A DNA stretch of 24,000 bases from an uncultured Planctomycetales bacterium (GTDB taxonomy: Bacteria; Planctomycetota; Phycisphaerae; UBA1845; Fen-1342): contig CAZLYU010000015.1 in NCBI GenBank assembly GCA_964563855.1, forward strand, positions 20,172 through 44,171, written 5' to 3'. Positions 16,474-24,000 of the stretch are shown one piece after another. The notes beneath the pieces are model-generated. The model saw nothing but the letters and a program-made list of their open reading frames with translations. It was not told the origin of the DNA and did no database searches. A program made the position numbers and the translations under genes. How positions within the stretch are numbered: the first letter of the stretch is position 1; every line of letters begins with the position of its first letter.

Positions 16474-16563
16474 TCCAGTCTTGTGCGTACGGCTCACACC
16501 GGCCTAGTCAAGCAGAGGCGCCAAACGTCGTCGCTTTGGGGATACGACGCCGGGTCGCCTCCA

Positions 16564-18906
16564 CTACTCGCTTTCGGGTAAGTCGGCGAGCAATGCGCGA
16601 ATTCGTGACAACTCGCGATCGCTCAGTCGCGTGGCGTCTTGCGGTTCGCGGGCCTCGTTGATCACAAGCGCGGCAGTCAGGTGTTCGCGGGCAGGCGTCA
16701 CTGCCGAAGTGTCATTGGTTTCGCTCCACAGTTGATGTTGCGCGGCGCCGGCTTCAATCCGCAGGCGGACGTCCGTCGGGCTGCGCCGCGCGGCCGCCGA
16801 CCAGTCGCGGGCCGCCTTGGCGAGGGCGGCGTCGGCGGCTGCGAGATCGGGCCGCGCGAGTGCGAGACGCGCCCTGGCCTGGGCGGCGCGCCCCGCGAGT
16901 CGCAGGGTCGCCGACGCATCGGGTTCTCGCCGCAGCGCGGTTGCGATGGCTCCCTCCGCAGCCCCGAGCAAGTCTGTCTGCACGTCGCGCGGCGCGCTCG
17001 GGTCGTTGACGAACGCCAACAACCGGGCGGCGAAGTAGCGCGCCGGCCCGGCGTCGAGCGCGTCGGCGTCAATCGCCGCTTCTGACGCAGCCATCCAATC
17101 TCGCAACGCTTGCGGGCTGGTGATGCGCACCAGTCGCTCATCGGCGGCGCGGCTCGCGCTCTCGCTACGCACGGTCGGTGCAACGACGAACCAGACGTGC
17201 ATGACAGCGGCAAGCGCCAGCACGATCACGAAGGGCGTCGCGTCGCGCCCCGCGCGCGGCGTGAGGAGCTGCGACCGTCCGCTGAGCGCGACCGCCGCGG
17301 CGATCACCGCCAATCCGCCGGTGGTCGACAGGGCGAATCCGACGAGGCTATGCGTGAGCGCCGCCCCGACGGCCGCAAGGGCGCCGATTGCGAGCCAGCG
17401 CGCGTCGGCCGATTCGATCACCTGCCGCGTCAGCAGCCATGTCATGACGAACACCGCCAGGAACGGCGACGCGAACTCGACAATCCACAACAGCCCCAGT
17501 GCCGGTACGGTGTCGACGCCATGACGAAACACGTCCGACTGCAAGAGCTGCAACAGCAGCAGGAGCAGGGGGGCGCCAACCATGACCACCAGCGGCGGAT
17601 GGGTGTCGGCCGTCAATCGCAACGCCCCATGGTGCTCGTCATCCGGTGAGCCCCGAGATGGACAACACACACCACGGACCGCGAGCGACACCCCGAGCAG
17701 CGCCAACGCGAGCACCGCGATGAGGCCGAACACGCCGAGCTCGACCCATGCGGTCACCCAGAGATTGTGCGGACTCTTCACCGCTTCGGCGCTCTCTGGT
17801 GGTCGATGTTGCAGATAGACGGCATCGAAGTTCTCACGGCCAACACCCGTCCAGGGCGCCTCGGCGGCGCCCTGAGCCGCGGCCGACCAGTAGTACCAGC
17901 GAAACTGCAGCGTCTTGACCGGATATCCGTCGTTGAGCCAGCCGTAGGTCCAGCCCGCCGCGACCAGCAGCACATAGGCGCCGACGCCCAGCGCCAGCAC
18001 CCATGCCGGGCGTCGCAGCAGCGGACGCGGCGCCAACCCGATCGCGGCAAACGCTGCGAGACCGGCAAGCAACGCGACGTATCCGCCTAGGCTGCCAGTC
18101 AGCGAAAGGGCGGTTTGGCACACGGCGATGACCACCAACATGAGCACCGCGAGCGCCGCCAGGCGCTGCCGCTGCGGATCGTCTGGCGCCGCGCGACGCC
18201 AACGCGCGACCGCCGCCGACATCACGCCCAGCGCGAGCAGGGTCCACATGTTCAAGACGCTGGCAGTCACGTTGGGGTGGCCGAGAAACCCCGAGGCTTC
18301 GCCAGCCAGCAGCCGCCGCTCGAAGTTCATCAGCAACGGGTCGTTCGGGTCATACCCGCTGCGCACGAGTTGCTCTTTCTGAAGGCGCCACTCCTCTTGC
18401 GTTGCGGCGGCGTTAATCCAGGTTTGCGTGAAGCAGGCCGCGGCGGTGGCGGCTGCACCCGCGAGCGCCATCGAGACAACCAAACGACGCCAACCAGGGG
18501 CGGCGCGCAGCAGGGCGGTCAGCCCGCCGACAGCCAGTACGCTGACGATGAAGCTCGCGCCCGCATTCAGCGCGACGCGCTGCGCCGCGGCGAACACGGT
18601 CGACGCGATCACGGCGGCCGTCAGCAGCGCGACCCCGCCGCCGAACCACGCCCAACCGGCGCCACGCGCGAAGCGCACCAGCAGCCAACCGGCTGCGATC
18701 AGCGTCACCAGATCGAGCAACATGGTCGGGCCGGCCGAAGCGACCGGTTGCCCGGTGGCGGCCATCAAAAAGCCGACTTCGGTGCGTTGGAAGGCGTCAG
18801 CGATCAGCGGCCGCAGCGCGAGCAAGGTTGTCAGCAGGGTCCCCGTCAGAACATCACCGACGCCGAGCGGAATGGCGCTTTCTGCGGAGCGGCGGCGCGT
18901 GGTCAT
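16564..18906 (-). CDS. O-antigen ligase/polymerase-like (Wzy_C family) polytopic membrane protein with C-terminal TPR-like helical repeats (780 aa)
   Basis: The ATG at 18906 overlaps the upstream stop (ATGA). More than 10 hydrophobic helices. Motifs typical of the O-antigen ligase family: FLGHPNVTASVL, WTGVGRENF, KSPHNLWVTAWVELGVFGL. The last ~220 aa are Ala/Arg/Leu-rich helical repeats (…LRLAGRAAQARARLALARPDLAAADAALAKAARDW…) that look TPR-like. Confidence 0.75.
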   Translation of the reverse strand: MTTRRRSAESAIPLGVGDVLTGTLLTTLLALRPLIADAFQRTEVGFLMAATGQPVASAGPTMLLDLVTLIAAGWLLVRFARGAGWAWFGGGVALLTAAVIASTVFAAAQRVALNAGASFIVSVLAVGGLTALLRAAPGWRRLVVSMALAGAAATAAACFTQTWINAAATQEEWRLQKEQLVRSGYDPNDPLLMNFERRLLAGEASGFLGHPNVTASVLNMWTLLALGVMSAAVARWRRAAPDDPQRQRLAALAVLMLVVIAVCQTALSLTGSLGGYVALLAGLAAFAAIGLAPRPLLRRPAWVLALGVGAYVLLVAAGWTYGWLNDGYPVKTLQFRWYYWSAAAQGAAEAPWTGVGRENFDAVYLQHRPPESAEAVKSPHNLWVTAWVELGVFGLIAVLALALLGVSLAVRGVCCPSRGSPDDEHHGALRLTADTHPPLVVMVGAPLLLLLLQLLQSDVFRHGVDTVPALGLLWIVEFASPFLAVFVMTWLLTRQVIESADARWLAIGALAAVGAALTHSLVGFALSTTGGLAVIAAAVALSGRSQLLTPRAGRDATPFVIVLALAAVMHVWFVVAPTVRSESASRAADERLVRITSPQALRDWMAASEAAIDADALDAGPARYFAARLLAFVNDPSAPRDVQTDLLGAAEGAIATALRREPDASATLRLAGRAAQARARLALARPDLAAADAALAKAARDWSAAARRSPTDVRLRIEAGAAQHQLWSETNDTSAVTPAREHLTAALVINEAREPQDATRLSDRELSRIRALLADLPESE

Positions 18907-20006
18907 GGCGTTCGCTGCACCGGCGATTCGAGAATGGCGATGATGCCCAGCACGCTGAATGTGAGCCCGAGCACAACGAGCGTTTCGCCGAGCGTTGCGT
19001 CGACCAGGAATACGGCGCTGAGCCCGGTGGCGAGCGTGGCGAGGTAGATGGTGAGCACCGCCATGGGGCGCGACAGGCCGTGCTGAACGAGTCGGTGCGA
19101 GAAGTGCCGCTGGTCGCCTTGCATCGGATGCCGCCCCTCACGCAGCCGAATGAACAGAACCGTAACGAAGTCGTAGAGCGGGGCGGCGAGGATGACCAGC
19201 GGCATCGCCAATGCGTACACCGACCGGCCGGCATCCGACTGGTAATAGGTCGTCATGATCGACACGAGCGCCAGCATGTAACCCACCAGCAGGCTGCCCG
19301 CGTCGCCCATGAAGATGCGCGCGGGTGGGAAGTTCCAGAACAGAAACCCGGCGATCGCACCCGCGCACAGCGCCGCGAACAGCGGCGCCAGCACCTGACC
19401 CGCCAGCACACCCACGCCGGACATGATCGCGAGACAAATCACCGCGACGCCGGCCGACAACCCATCCATGTTGTCGAGGAAGTTCATGGCGTTGATGATC
19501 ACCACGATCCAGGCAACAGAGAGGATGATCGACACGGTCGGGCCGGCGAACTCCGCCAGTCGCACCTCACCGACCGTTGTCGCCAATCCCGCCGCCGTCA
19601 GCATGACGAGCAGCTTGCGACGTGGTCCCAGCGGGCGGACGTCGTCGATCAGTCCGAGCACGTGCAGCAGCAACGCGCCGAGCAAGAGCGCGGCCGCGCG
19701 ACCGCTCTCCTGCACCAGCCCGCCGACATACGGCGCGACTGTCGCGCCGAACCAGTCGGCGGCGCGGTCTTCACCGATAAGCACCGCGGTCAGAAGCACG
19801 ACTGTTGCCGGCAATCCCACGGCGATGGCGATCGCGACGCCGCCGCCGTAGGGGGTGATGCGGGCGTGCGACTTGTGCGCGCCGGGCCGGTCAACAAAGC
19901 CGAGGCGGGTTGCGACCGGCATGACCGCCGCGGTCGCCGTGACAGCGAGCACGAACGCGAGGGCAGCCGTTCCGCTGAGCAGCCAGGCGACTTCGCTCGT
20001 GGTCAC
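18903..20006 (-). CDS. Glycosyltransferase family 4 polyprenyl-phosphate sugar-1-phosphate transferase (WecA/MraY family)
   Basis: The GTG start at 20006 overlaps the upstream stop (GTGA). 367 aa, polytopic. Motifs: RLGFVDRPGAHKSHARITPYGGGVAI, NAMNFLDNMDGLSAG, NFPPARIFMGDAGSLLVGY. Whether it is WecA-like (GlcNAc-1-P) or has another specificity cannot be told from sequence alone. Confidence 0.85.
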   Translation of the reverse strand: MTTSEVAWLLSGTAALAFVLAVTATAAVMPVATRLGFVDRPGAHKSHARITPYGGGVAIAIAVGLPATVVLLTAVLIGEDRAADWFGATVAPYVGGLVQESGRAAALLLGALLLHVLGLIDDVRPLGPRRKLLVMLTAAGLATTVGEVRLAEFAGPTVSIILSVAWIVVIINAMNFLDNMDGLSAGVAVICLAIMSGVGVLAGQVLAPLFAALCAGAIAGFLFWNFPPARIFMGDAGSLLVGYMLALVSIMTTYYQSDAGRSVYALAMPLVILAAPLYDFVTVLFIRLREGRHPMQGDQRHFSHRLVQHGLSRPMAVLTIYLATLATGLSAVFLVDATLGETLVVLGLTFSVLGIIAILESPVQRTP

Positions 20007-20617
20007 CCGGCGGCTCCTCCGGAGTGCGGATCGGACGGCGCGTCTCGCAAGGCGTCGACATCTTCGGCGAGCGTCGCGAGGAAGACCTGGCGCTGCTCGC
20101 GATAGCGTTCGCGCACGCGTTCGAAGAAGACGTGGTAGGGGGGCTCACGAAAGTCGGGATAGGTCCACGGCAGGATCTCCCATTTCTTCTCGATGTGGCG
20201 CAACGTGATTTCCGCGTAGACGCCCTGATCGAGATAGACGCGGTGACTGACGCCTTTCGTCGACGCCAGCACCAATTGATCCAGCGTGAGATATCCGGGG
20301 TCGATGTTGATCGGGCGGGGAGCGTCGCTCAGCGTTTGTTCGGCGATGTAGGTCTCGAGCTGGTTCGTGGCGATCTTGGTCGCCGCGAGATGCTCGGGCT
20401 GAACGAGCGTCTCGAACGTGATGAAGCGGCGCTGCAGGTGTGGGCCCATCTCGTCGGCGTAGTAGTCGCTGTGCGTGAAGGGCCACGTGTCGCTTTCCAT
20501 ATCGACCGGGCCATAGCGTTTCGAGAGCAACTGCCGCGCGCGTTGGAACAAATCGACGTCGGCGGCGAGCATCCCCACCAGCAGTTTGACTGGTCTTGCA
20601 CGACGCACCACGCCCAT
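20003..20617 (-). CDS. DUF4416 family protein (204 aa)
   Basis: The ORF track entry 20003..20725 has a 36-aa Arg/Pro-rich extension that would overlap the divergent gene's start. I prefer the ATG at 20617. The sequence MGVVRRARPVKLLVGMLAAD...YGPVDMESDTWPFTHSDYYADEMGP.LQRRFITFETLV.PE.LA..K..TN.LE...INIDPGYLTLDQLVLASTKGVSHRVYLDQGVYAEITL...LPWTYPDFR matches my memory of DUF4416 (PF14385-type) proteins. Confidence 0.7.
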   Translation of the reverse strand: MGVVRRARPVKLLVGMLAADVDLFQRARQLLSKRYGPVDMESDTWPFTHSDYYADEMGPHLQRRFITFETLVQPEHLAATKIATNQLETYIAEQTLSDAPRPINIDPGYLTLDQLVLASTKGVSHRVYLDQGVYAEITLRHIEKKWEILPWTYPDFREPPYHVFFERVRERYREQRQVFLATLAEDVDALRDAPSDPHSGGAAG

Positions 20618-20723
20618 CCCGCGACTATAGCGAGGCGGACGCGGGGCGGCTACGATCCCGATCGGGCGGCGCGACCGACGCGACGGACACGCGGTTGGGC
20701 TACCCACCTGCCTTGTGGCGCGC

Positions 20724-21959
20724 ATGAACCTGATTGTCTTCGAAGATCACGGCTGGCGCGATCTCTTGCCGCTCACCTGGCTGCGGCCCGCGTGGGAGCT
20801 GCGCTGCGGCTGCGACCGCCTCCTCGACAAGCTCTGTGCGGCATTCACGATCGAAGACGCCGAGCTGGCGCCACGATCCATCCTCAACGCACGCTTCGCC
20901 CGGCAGCGATCGGTCGACAACGACCAACCCGTCACGCTCGCCAACGGGCGCCTGTTCGCCACCCAGCCGCTGAGCGCTCCAGAACTGGGCGCCGCCTGGT
21001 TTGAAGAAGGGGGCGACCTGATCGCCGCGACCGTGCAGCGCTCCGCCTGGCTAGGGATCCGCGACCAGCTCAGCACGACGAACTCGCCGGCATCCGCTCG
21101 AGACGCGATCGACGCCCTGACGCTGACCGCGACCGCGCCGCCCGCCGGCGTCAGGCTCGTGAAGTATGCATGGGAGCTACCCCTCGCGAATGACCGCGAA
21201 CTACGTCGACAACTGCCAACAAGCGGCGCCTCGCAACATGGCGACGTCTCGGCCGCCGCCCACCTGCTCAACTCGGCCGCGATCACCGTGGACCCGGGCG
21301 CAACCGTGGCGCCCGGCGTGGTGCTCGACGCGCGCGACGGACCGATCTTCATCGGCGCCGGCGCCGAGGTGCAGCCCAACGCGGTCGTCATCGGCCCCGC
21401 GTTCGTCGGCGCGCGCAGCATCATCCGACCGCACGCAACCATTCGCGAAGGCGTCAGCATCGGCGAGCGCTGCAAGATCGGCGGCGAGCTCGAAGCCTCC
21501 ATCGTGCATGGCTTCGCCAACAAACAACACGACGGCTTCCTCGGACACAGCTACCTCTGCCCGTGGGTCAACTTCGGCGCCGGAACCATGACCAGCGATC
21601 TCAAGAACACCTACGGCGACGTACGCGTCACGCTGCGCGGCGTCAGTGTGAACACCCGCAGCCAGTTCGTCGGCTCGCTCGTCGGCGATCACGTCAAGAC
21701 CGCCATCGGAACGCGACTGCCGACCGGATGTTTCGTTGGAGTGGCGGCGAACGTCCTTGTCTCGCGCACCGCGCCGAAGCAAATTCCATCGTTTACGTGG
21801 CTCACCGACGACGGCGCCGCAACATATGACATCGACAAAGCGCTGGCGGTCGCCAACACCGTCATGCAGCGTCGCGATCAGCCGCTTACCGATGCAGACG
21901 TCGCGACGCTGCGCTGGGTCGCTGAGAACGCTTCACAGATCGAGGCCGGCGACGCGTGA
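20724..21959 (+). CDS. Putative sugar nucleotidyltransferase / alternative GlmU-like protein with C-terminal left-handed beta-helix (hexapeptide repeats)
   Basis: The ORF track entry starts at GTG 20715. The ATG at 20724 gives MNLIVFEDHGWRDLLPLTWLRPAWELRCG, which matches the N-terminus I remember for the NTP_transf_4 / TIGR03991-like family (MNIILFD...LLPLT..RP..ELR.G). Hexapeptide repeats are visible: IFIGAGAEVQPNAVVIGPAFVGARSIIRPHATIREGVSIGERCKIGGELEASIV. Also KQHDGFLGHSYLCPWVNFGAGT. Confidence 0.7.
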   Translation: MNLIVFEDHGWRDLLPLTWLRPAWELRCGCDRLLDKLCAAFTIEDAELAPRSILNARFARQRSVDNDQPVTLANGRLFATQPLSAPELGAAWFEEGGDLIAATVQRSAWLGIRDQLSTTNSPASARDAIDALTLTATAPPAGVRLVKYAWELPLANDRELRRQLPTSGASQHGDVSAAAHLLNSAAITVDPGATVAPGVVLDARDGPIFIGAGAEVQPNAVVIGPAFVGARSIIRPHATIREGVSIGERCKIGGELEASIVHGFANKQHDGFLGHSYLCPWVNFGAGTMTSDLKNTYGDVRVTLRGVSVNTRSQFVGSLVGDHVKTAIGTRLPTGCFVGVAANVLVSRTAPKQIPSFTWLTDDGAATYDIDKALAVANTVMQRRDQPLTDADVATLRWVAENASQIEAGDA

Positions 21960-21962
21960 CGT

Positions 21963-23984
21963 TTGGCCCCACGGTTCGCAATAGCTTACAGAAAGGACGT
22001 GTTGCGCGTGCCCGAGCGACAGACGGTGGATGACAAGCGGGAATGGCTGAACGAGCAACAGCGCGCGACGCGCTACGCCCAGTCGGAGCACGCCGCCCGC
22101 GAACAACGCTGGTCGCTGGTGCGGCTCGTTACGTTCTTCGTGGCGCTGCTCCCCGTGCTGACCACACTTTGTTCCGGATCGCCGCAAACCTTCATCTCGC
22201 CGTCGAGCCCGTGGACCTTCGTCTGGCTGCTGTTCCCGCTCGGCGTCCTCGCCTTCACGCTCGCCGTCCGGATGCACGGCGTCGCCCGCAGCGCCCGCGA
22301 AGAAGCCGATCATCTCTTGCAGGCGATGGACGAAGCTCAGCAACGCCTCGGCGGGGCCGTGGTCTGCCTGCGCGGTGCTGATCGTCCGGCGGACGCAGAC
22401 GAGCACGATAGCGCGATCGACCACACACCGAGCTTGCTTCCCGCCGCGCCGACATGGACCTTGACCGATCAGGAGCGCGACGATCTCGATCTGTTCTCCA
22501 GACCGGTCGGGGTGTTCGGTTTGTTGAACCGGTGTTCGAGTCTGCTCGGCGCCCGGCGACTGCGCGATCTGCTCGAAAACCCGTTGCTCGACGCGGCGGC
22601 GATTCGCGACCGCCAGCGGCTGCTGCGCGCCCTCGCTGACGCGCCCGACGCACGCATCGGCATTCAAGGGGCGCTCGTCGGACTACGCGGCGAAAGTGAA
22701 CGCGTTCAGCGCCTCGTTCAGGCGATCGCCGACGCTCAACCGCTTGAGACGTCGGCGCCGCTGAGTGTGCTGCGCGGCTGGGCGTGGGTGAGTGGGGGGC
22801 TGGCGCTGCTCGGCGGGGCGCAGTTGATGGTGGGCAACGTCGGCTGGACCACCCTGCTCATCGTGCTGGTGATCATCAACAGCCTCATCTTGAAGGGCTG
22901 CGCCGCGCGGGTCGGCCAGACGCTCAAGGTCTGGCAAGACCTCGGCTACATCGTTCGCGTCCACGCCCGCGCGGTGCGCGGCGTGTTCGACGCGTTCGAC
23001 CGCGCCCGCGATCAGCAGGGCGCCGACGTCGCCGCACTCGAACCATGGCGCCAGGCGTGCGCCGATGCGTTGCAGCCCGAAATCCTTCCCGCGCTCGCCG
23101 CCCGCGCCGCCTGGACGGACCACGGCGGACCGCTGTGGGTGCTCGTCGACCGTTTCACCCTCGTGCGCATGACGAGCGCCGCCCGCGTGCTCGAGAGCGC
23201 CGCGGCGCATCGCGACCCCTTGCTGCGCAGTCTGAGCGCGCTCGGTGATCTCGATGCGCTGGCGAGCCTCGGCGGGTATGCCTGGGAGCAGCCCGTCACC
23301 TGTTGGCCGCAAGTGAGCGACGAAGACGAACTGCACATCGAACACGGGCGCCACCCGCTCATCAACCCCGAAGTCGCCGTGCCCAACACCCTGCACCTCA
23401 CCGAGCAATGCCGCGTCTGGGTCATCACCGGGTCGAACATGGCGGGCAAGAGCACGTTCCTCCGCATGGTCGGCGTGAACCTGTTGCTCGCACACGTCGG
23501 CTGTGCGGTTACGGCGGAGCGGCTGGCGTTTCGCCCGGTGCGCCTCGCGTCCGACCTGCGGGCCCGCGACAATCTCTCGGAGCGCGAAAGCTACTTCCTG
23601 GCGGAAGTGCGCCACTTGCGCCGCATGGTGACGCCCCCGGCCGGGCCGGCGCCGTTGTTCGGCCTCATCGACGAGCCGTTTCGCGGCACCAACTCGCGCG
23701 ACCAGTCGGCGGCGTCGGTCGCGGTCTTGCGGCACCTGCTCGGGTCGGGCAACTTCTTCGTGCTCGCCACGCACGACGAACACCTGACGCGCGTGGTCGA
23801 TGAGCAAACCGCGCGAAACTTCCACTTCCGCGAACACCTGTTGAGCGACGAGATGACGTTCGACTATCTGCTGCGCGAGGGGCCGGCTCAAACGCGCAAC
23901 GCGCTGCGCATTCTCGAGATCGAAGGCTATCCGCCGGAGTTGGTGGAGCACGCGAAAGCGTGGCTGGCGCCGACTGGGCCGTAG
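21963..23984 (+). CDS. Membrane-anchored MutS-family ATPase (MutS domains III and V only; no mismatch-recognition domain)
   Basis: No in-frame ATG lies near the 5' end. Candidate starts are TTG 21963, GTG 21999, TTG 22002 and GTG 22008, and GAAAGGA lies at 21991-21997. Two N-terminal TM helices (WSLVRLVTFFVALLPVLTTL, WTFVWLLFPLGVLAFTLAV). MutS core-like block LDLFSRPVGVFGLLNRCSSLLGARRLRDLLENPLLDAAAIRDRQ. Two further TM helices (WAWVSGGLALLGGAQLMV, WTTLLIVLVIINSLIL). Walker A VITGSNMAGKSTFLR (23430-23456). Walker B LIDEPFRGTN (23664-23693). THD motif. Confidence 0.8.
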   Translation: MAPRFAIAYRKDVLRVPERQTVDDKREWLNEQQRATRYAQSEHAAREQRWSLVRLVTFFVALLPVLTTLCSGSPQTFISPSSPWTFVWLLFPLGVLAFTLAVRMHGVARSAREEADHLLQAMDEAQQRLGGAVVCLRGADRPADADEHDSAIDHTPSLLPAAPTWTLTDQERDDLDLFSRPVGVFGLLNRCSSLLGARRLRDLLENPLLDAAAIRDRQRLLRALADAPDARIGIQGALVGLRGESERVQRLVQAIADAQPLETSAPLSVLRGWAWVSGGLALLGGAQLMVGNVGWTTLLIVLVIINSLILKGCAARVGQTLKVWQDLGYIVRVHARAVRGVFDAFDRARDQQGADVAALEPWRQACADALQPEILPALAARAAWTDHGGPLWVLVDRFTLVRMTSAARVLESAAAHRDPLLRSLSALGDLDALASLGGYAWEQPVTCWPQVSDEDELHIEHGRHPLINPEVAVPNTLHLTEQCRVWVITGSNMAGKSTFLRMVGVNLLLAHVGCAVTAERLAFRPVRLASDLRARDNLSERESYFLAEVRHLRRMVTPPAGPAPLFGLIDEPFRGTNSRDQSAASVAVLRHLLGSGNFFVLATHDEHLTRVVDEQTARNFHFREHLLSDEMTFDYLLREGPAQTRNALRILEIEGYPPELVEHAKAWLAPTGP

Positions 23985-24000
23985 GGGGGCGGCGCGAATG

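Noticed and set aside
16520-16556. Imperfect hairpin (GGCG..CGTCGT-N12-ACGACGCC) between the convergent ResB-like and O-antigen-ligase-like genes
   Set aside because: The stem is interrupted, the loop is long, and there is no U-tract. It may contribute to termination, but the sequence alone does not support a call.
1-24000. Looked across the whole window for signs of an accessory, defence or mobile island: integrase, transposase, inverted or direct repeats, CRISPR repeats, toxin-antitoxin pairs, compositional breaks.
   Set aside because: None seen. Composition is uniformly GC-rich apart from short promoter-like patches and the small-basic-protein gene, and the gene content is housekeeping or cell-envelope. 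Repeat detection by eye over 24 kb is unreliable, so a self-dot-plot would be the decisive check.

Overview
Very GC-rich bacterial chromosomal DNA. Codon third positions are almost always G/C. Every real gene is shadowed by long Arg/Ala/Gly/His-rich ORFs on the opposite strand or in other frames, and I treat those as artefacts. I can support 19 protein-coding genes and 4 weak sigma70-like promoter candidates. I found no rRNA/tRNA genes, CRISPR arrays, transposases, integrases, phage genes or recognisable defence genes.

Left to right the window holds:
- A minus-strand operon of three SPFH/band-7 genes: a giant 7-TM/SPFH/coiled-coil protein, an HflC-like protein, and an HflK-like protein that runs off the left edge.
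- A divergent orphan ABC-2 permease.
- A 64-aa small basic protein of the PVC type.
- A methylcrotonyl-CoA-carboxylase-type carboxyltransferase beta subunit.
- A minus-strand truncated dcw/peptidoglycan cluster: amidohydrolase, murC, murB, ddl, ftsQ-like, then a polytopic membrane protein. No ftsA/ftsZ follows.
- A secreted protein plus a short ResB/Ccs1-like protein.
- A minus-strand, translationally coupled operon: DUF4416, a WecA/MraY-family phosphoglycosyl transferase, and an O-antigen-ligase-like protein with a helical-repeat tail.
- Divergent from that operon, a GlmU-like sugar nucleotidyltransferase followed by a membrane-anchored MutS-domain ATPase.

The gene content suggests a Planctomycetota (Phycisphaerae-like) genome, but that is inference only. 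The window reads as core chromosome rather than an accessory island, and I did not find a clear-cut novel system. The best candidates for undescribed biology are (1) the three-gene SPFH set with the polytopic fusion, (2) the membrane protein sitting where ftsA/ftsZ normally follow ftsQ, (3) the DUF4416-led glycan operon, and (4) the membrane-bound MutS-like ATPase. All family assignments come from reading motifs by eye and from memory of the families. None is verified by a search.
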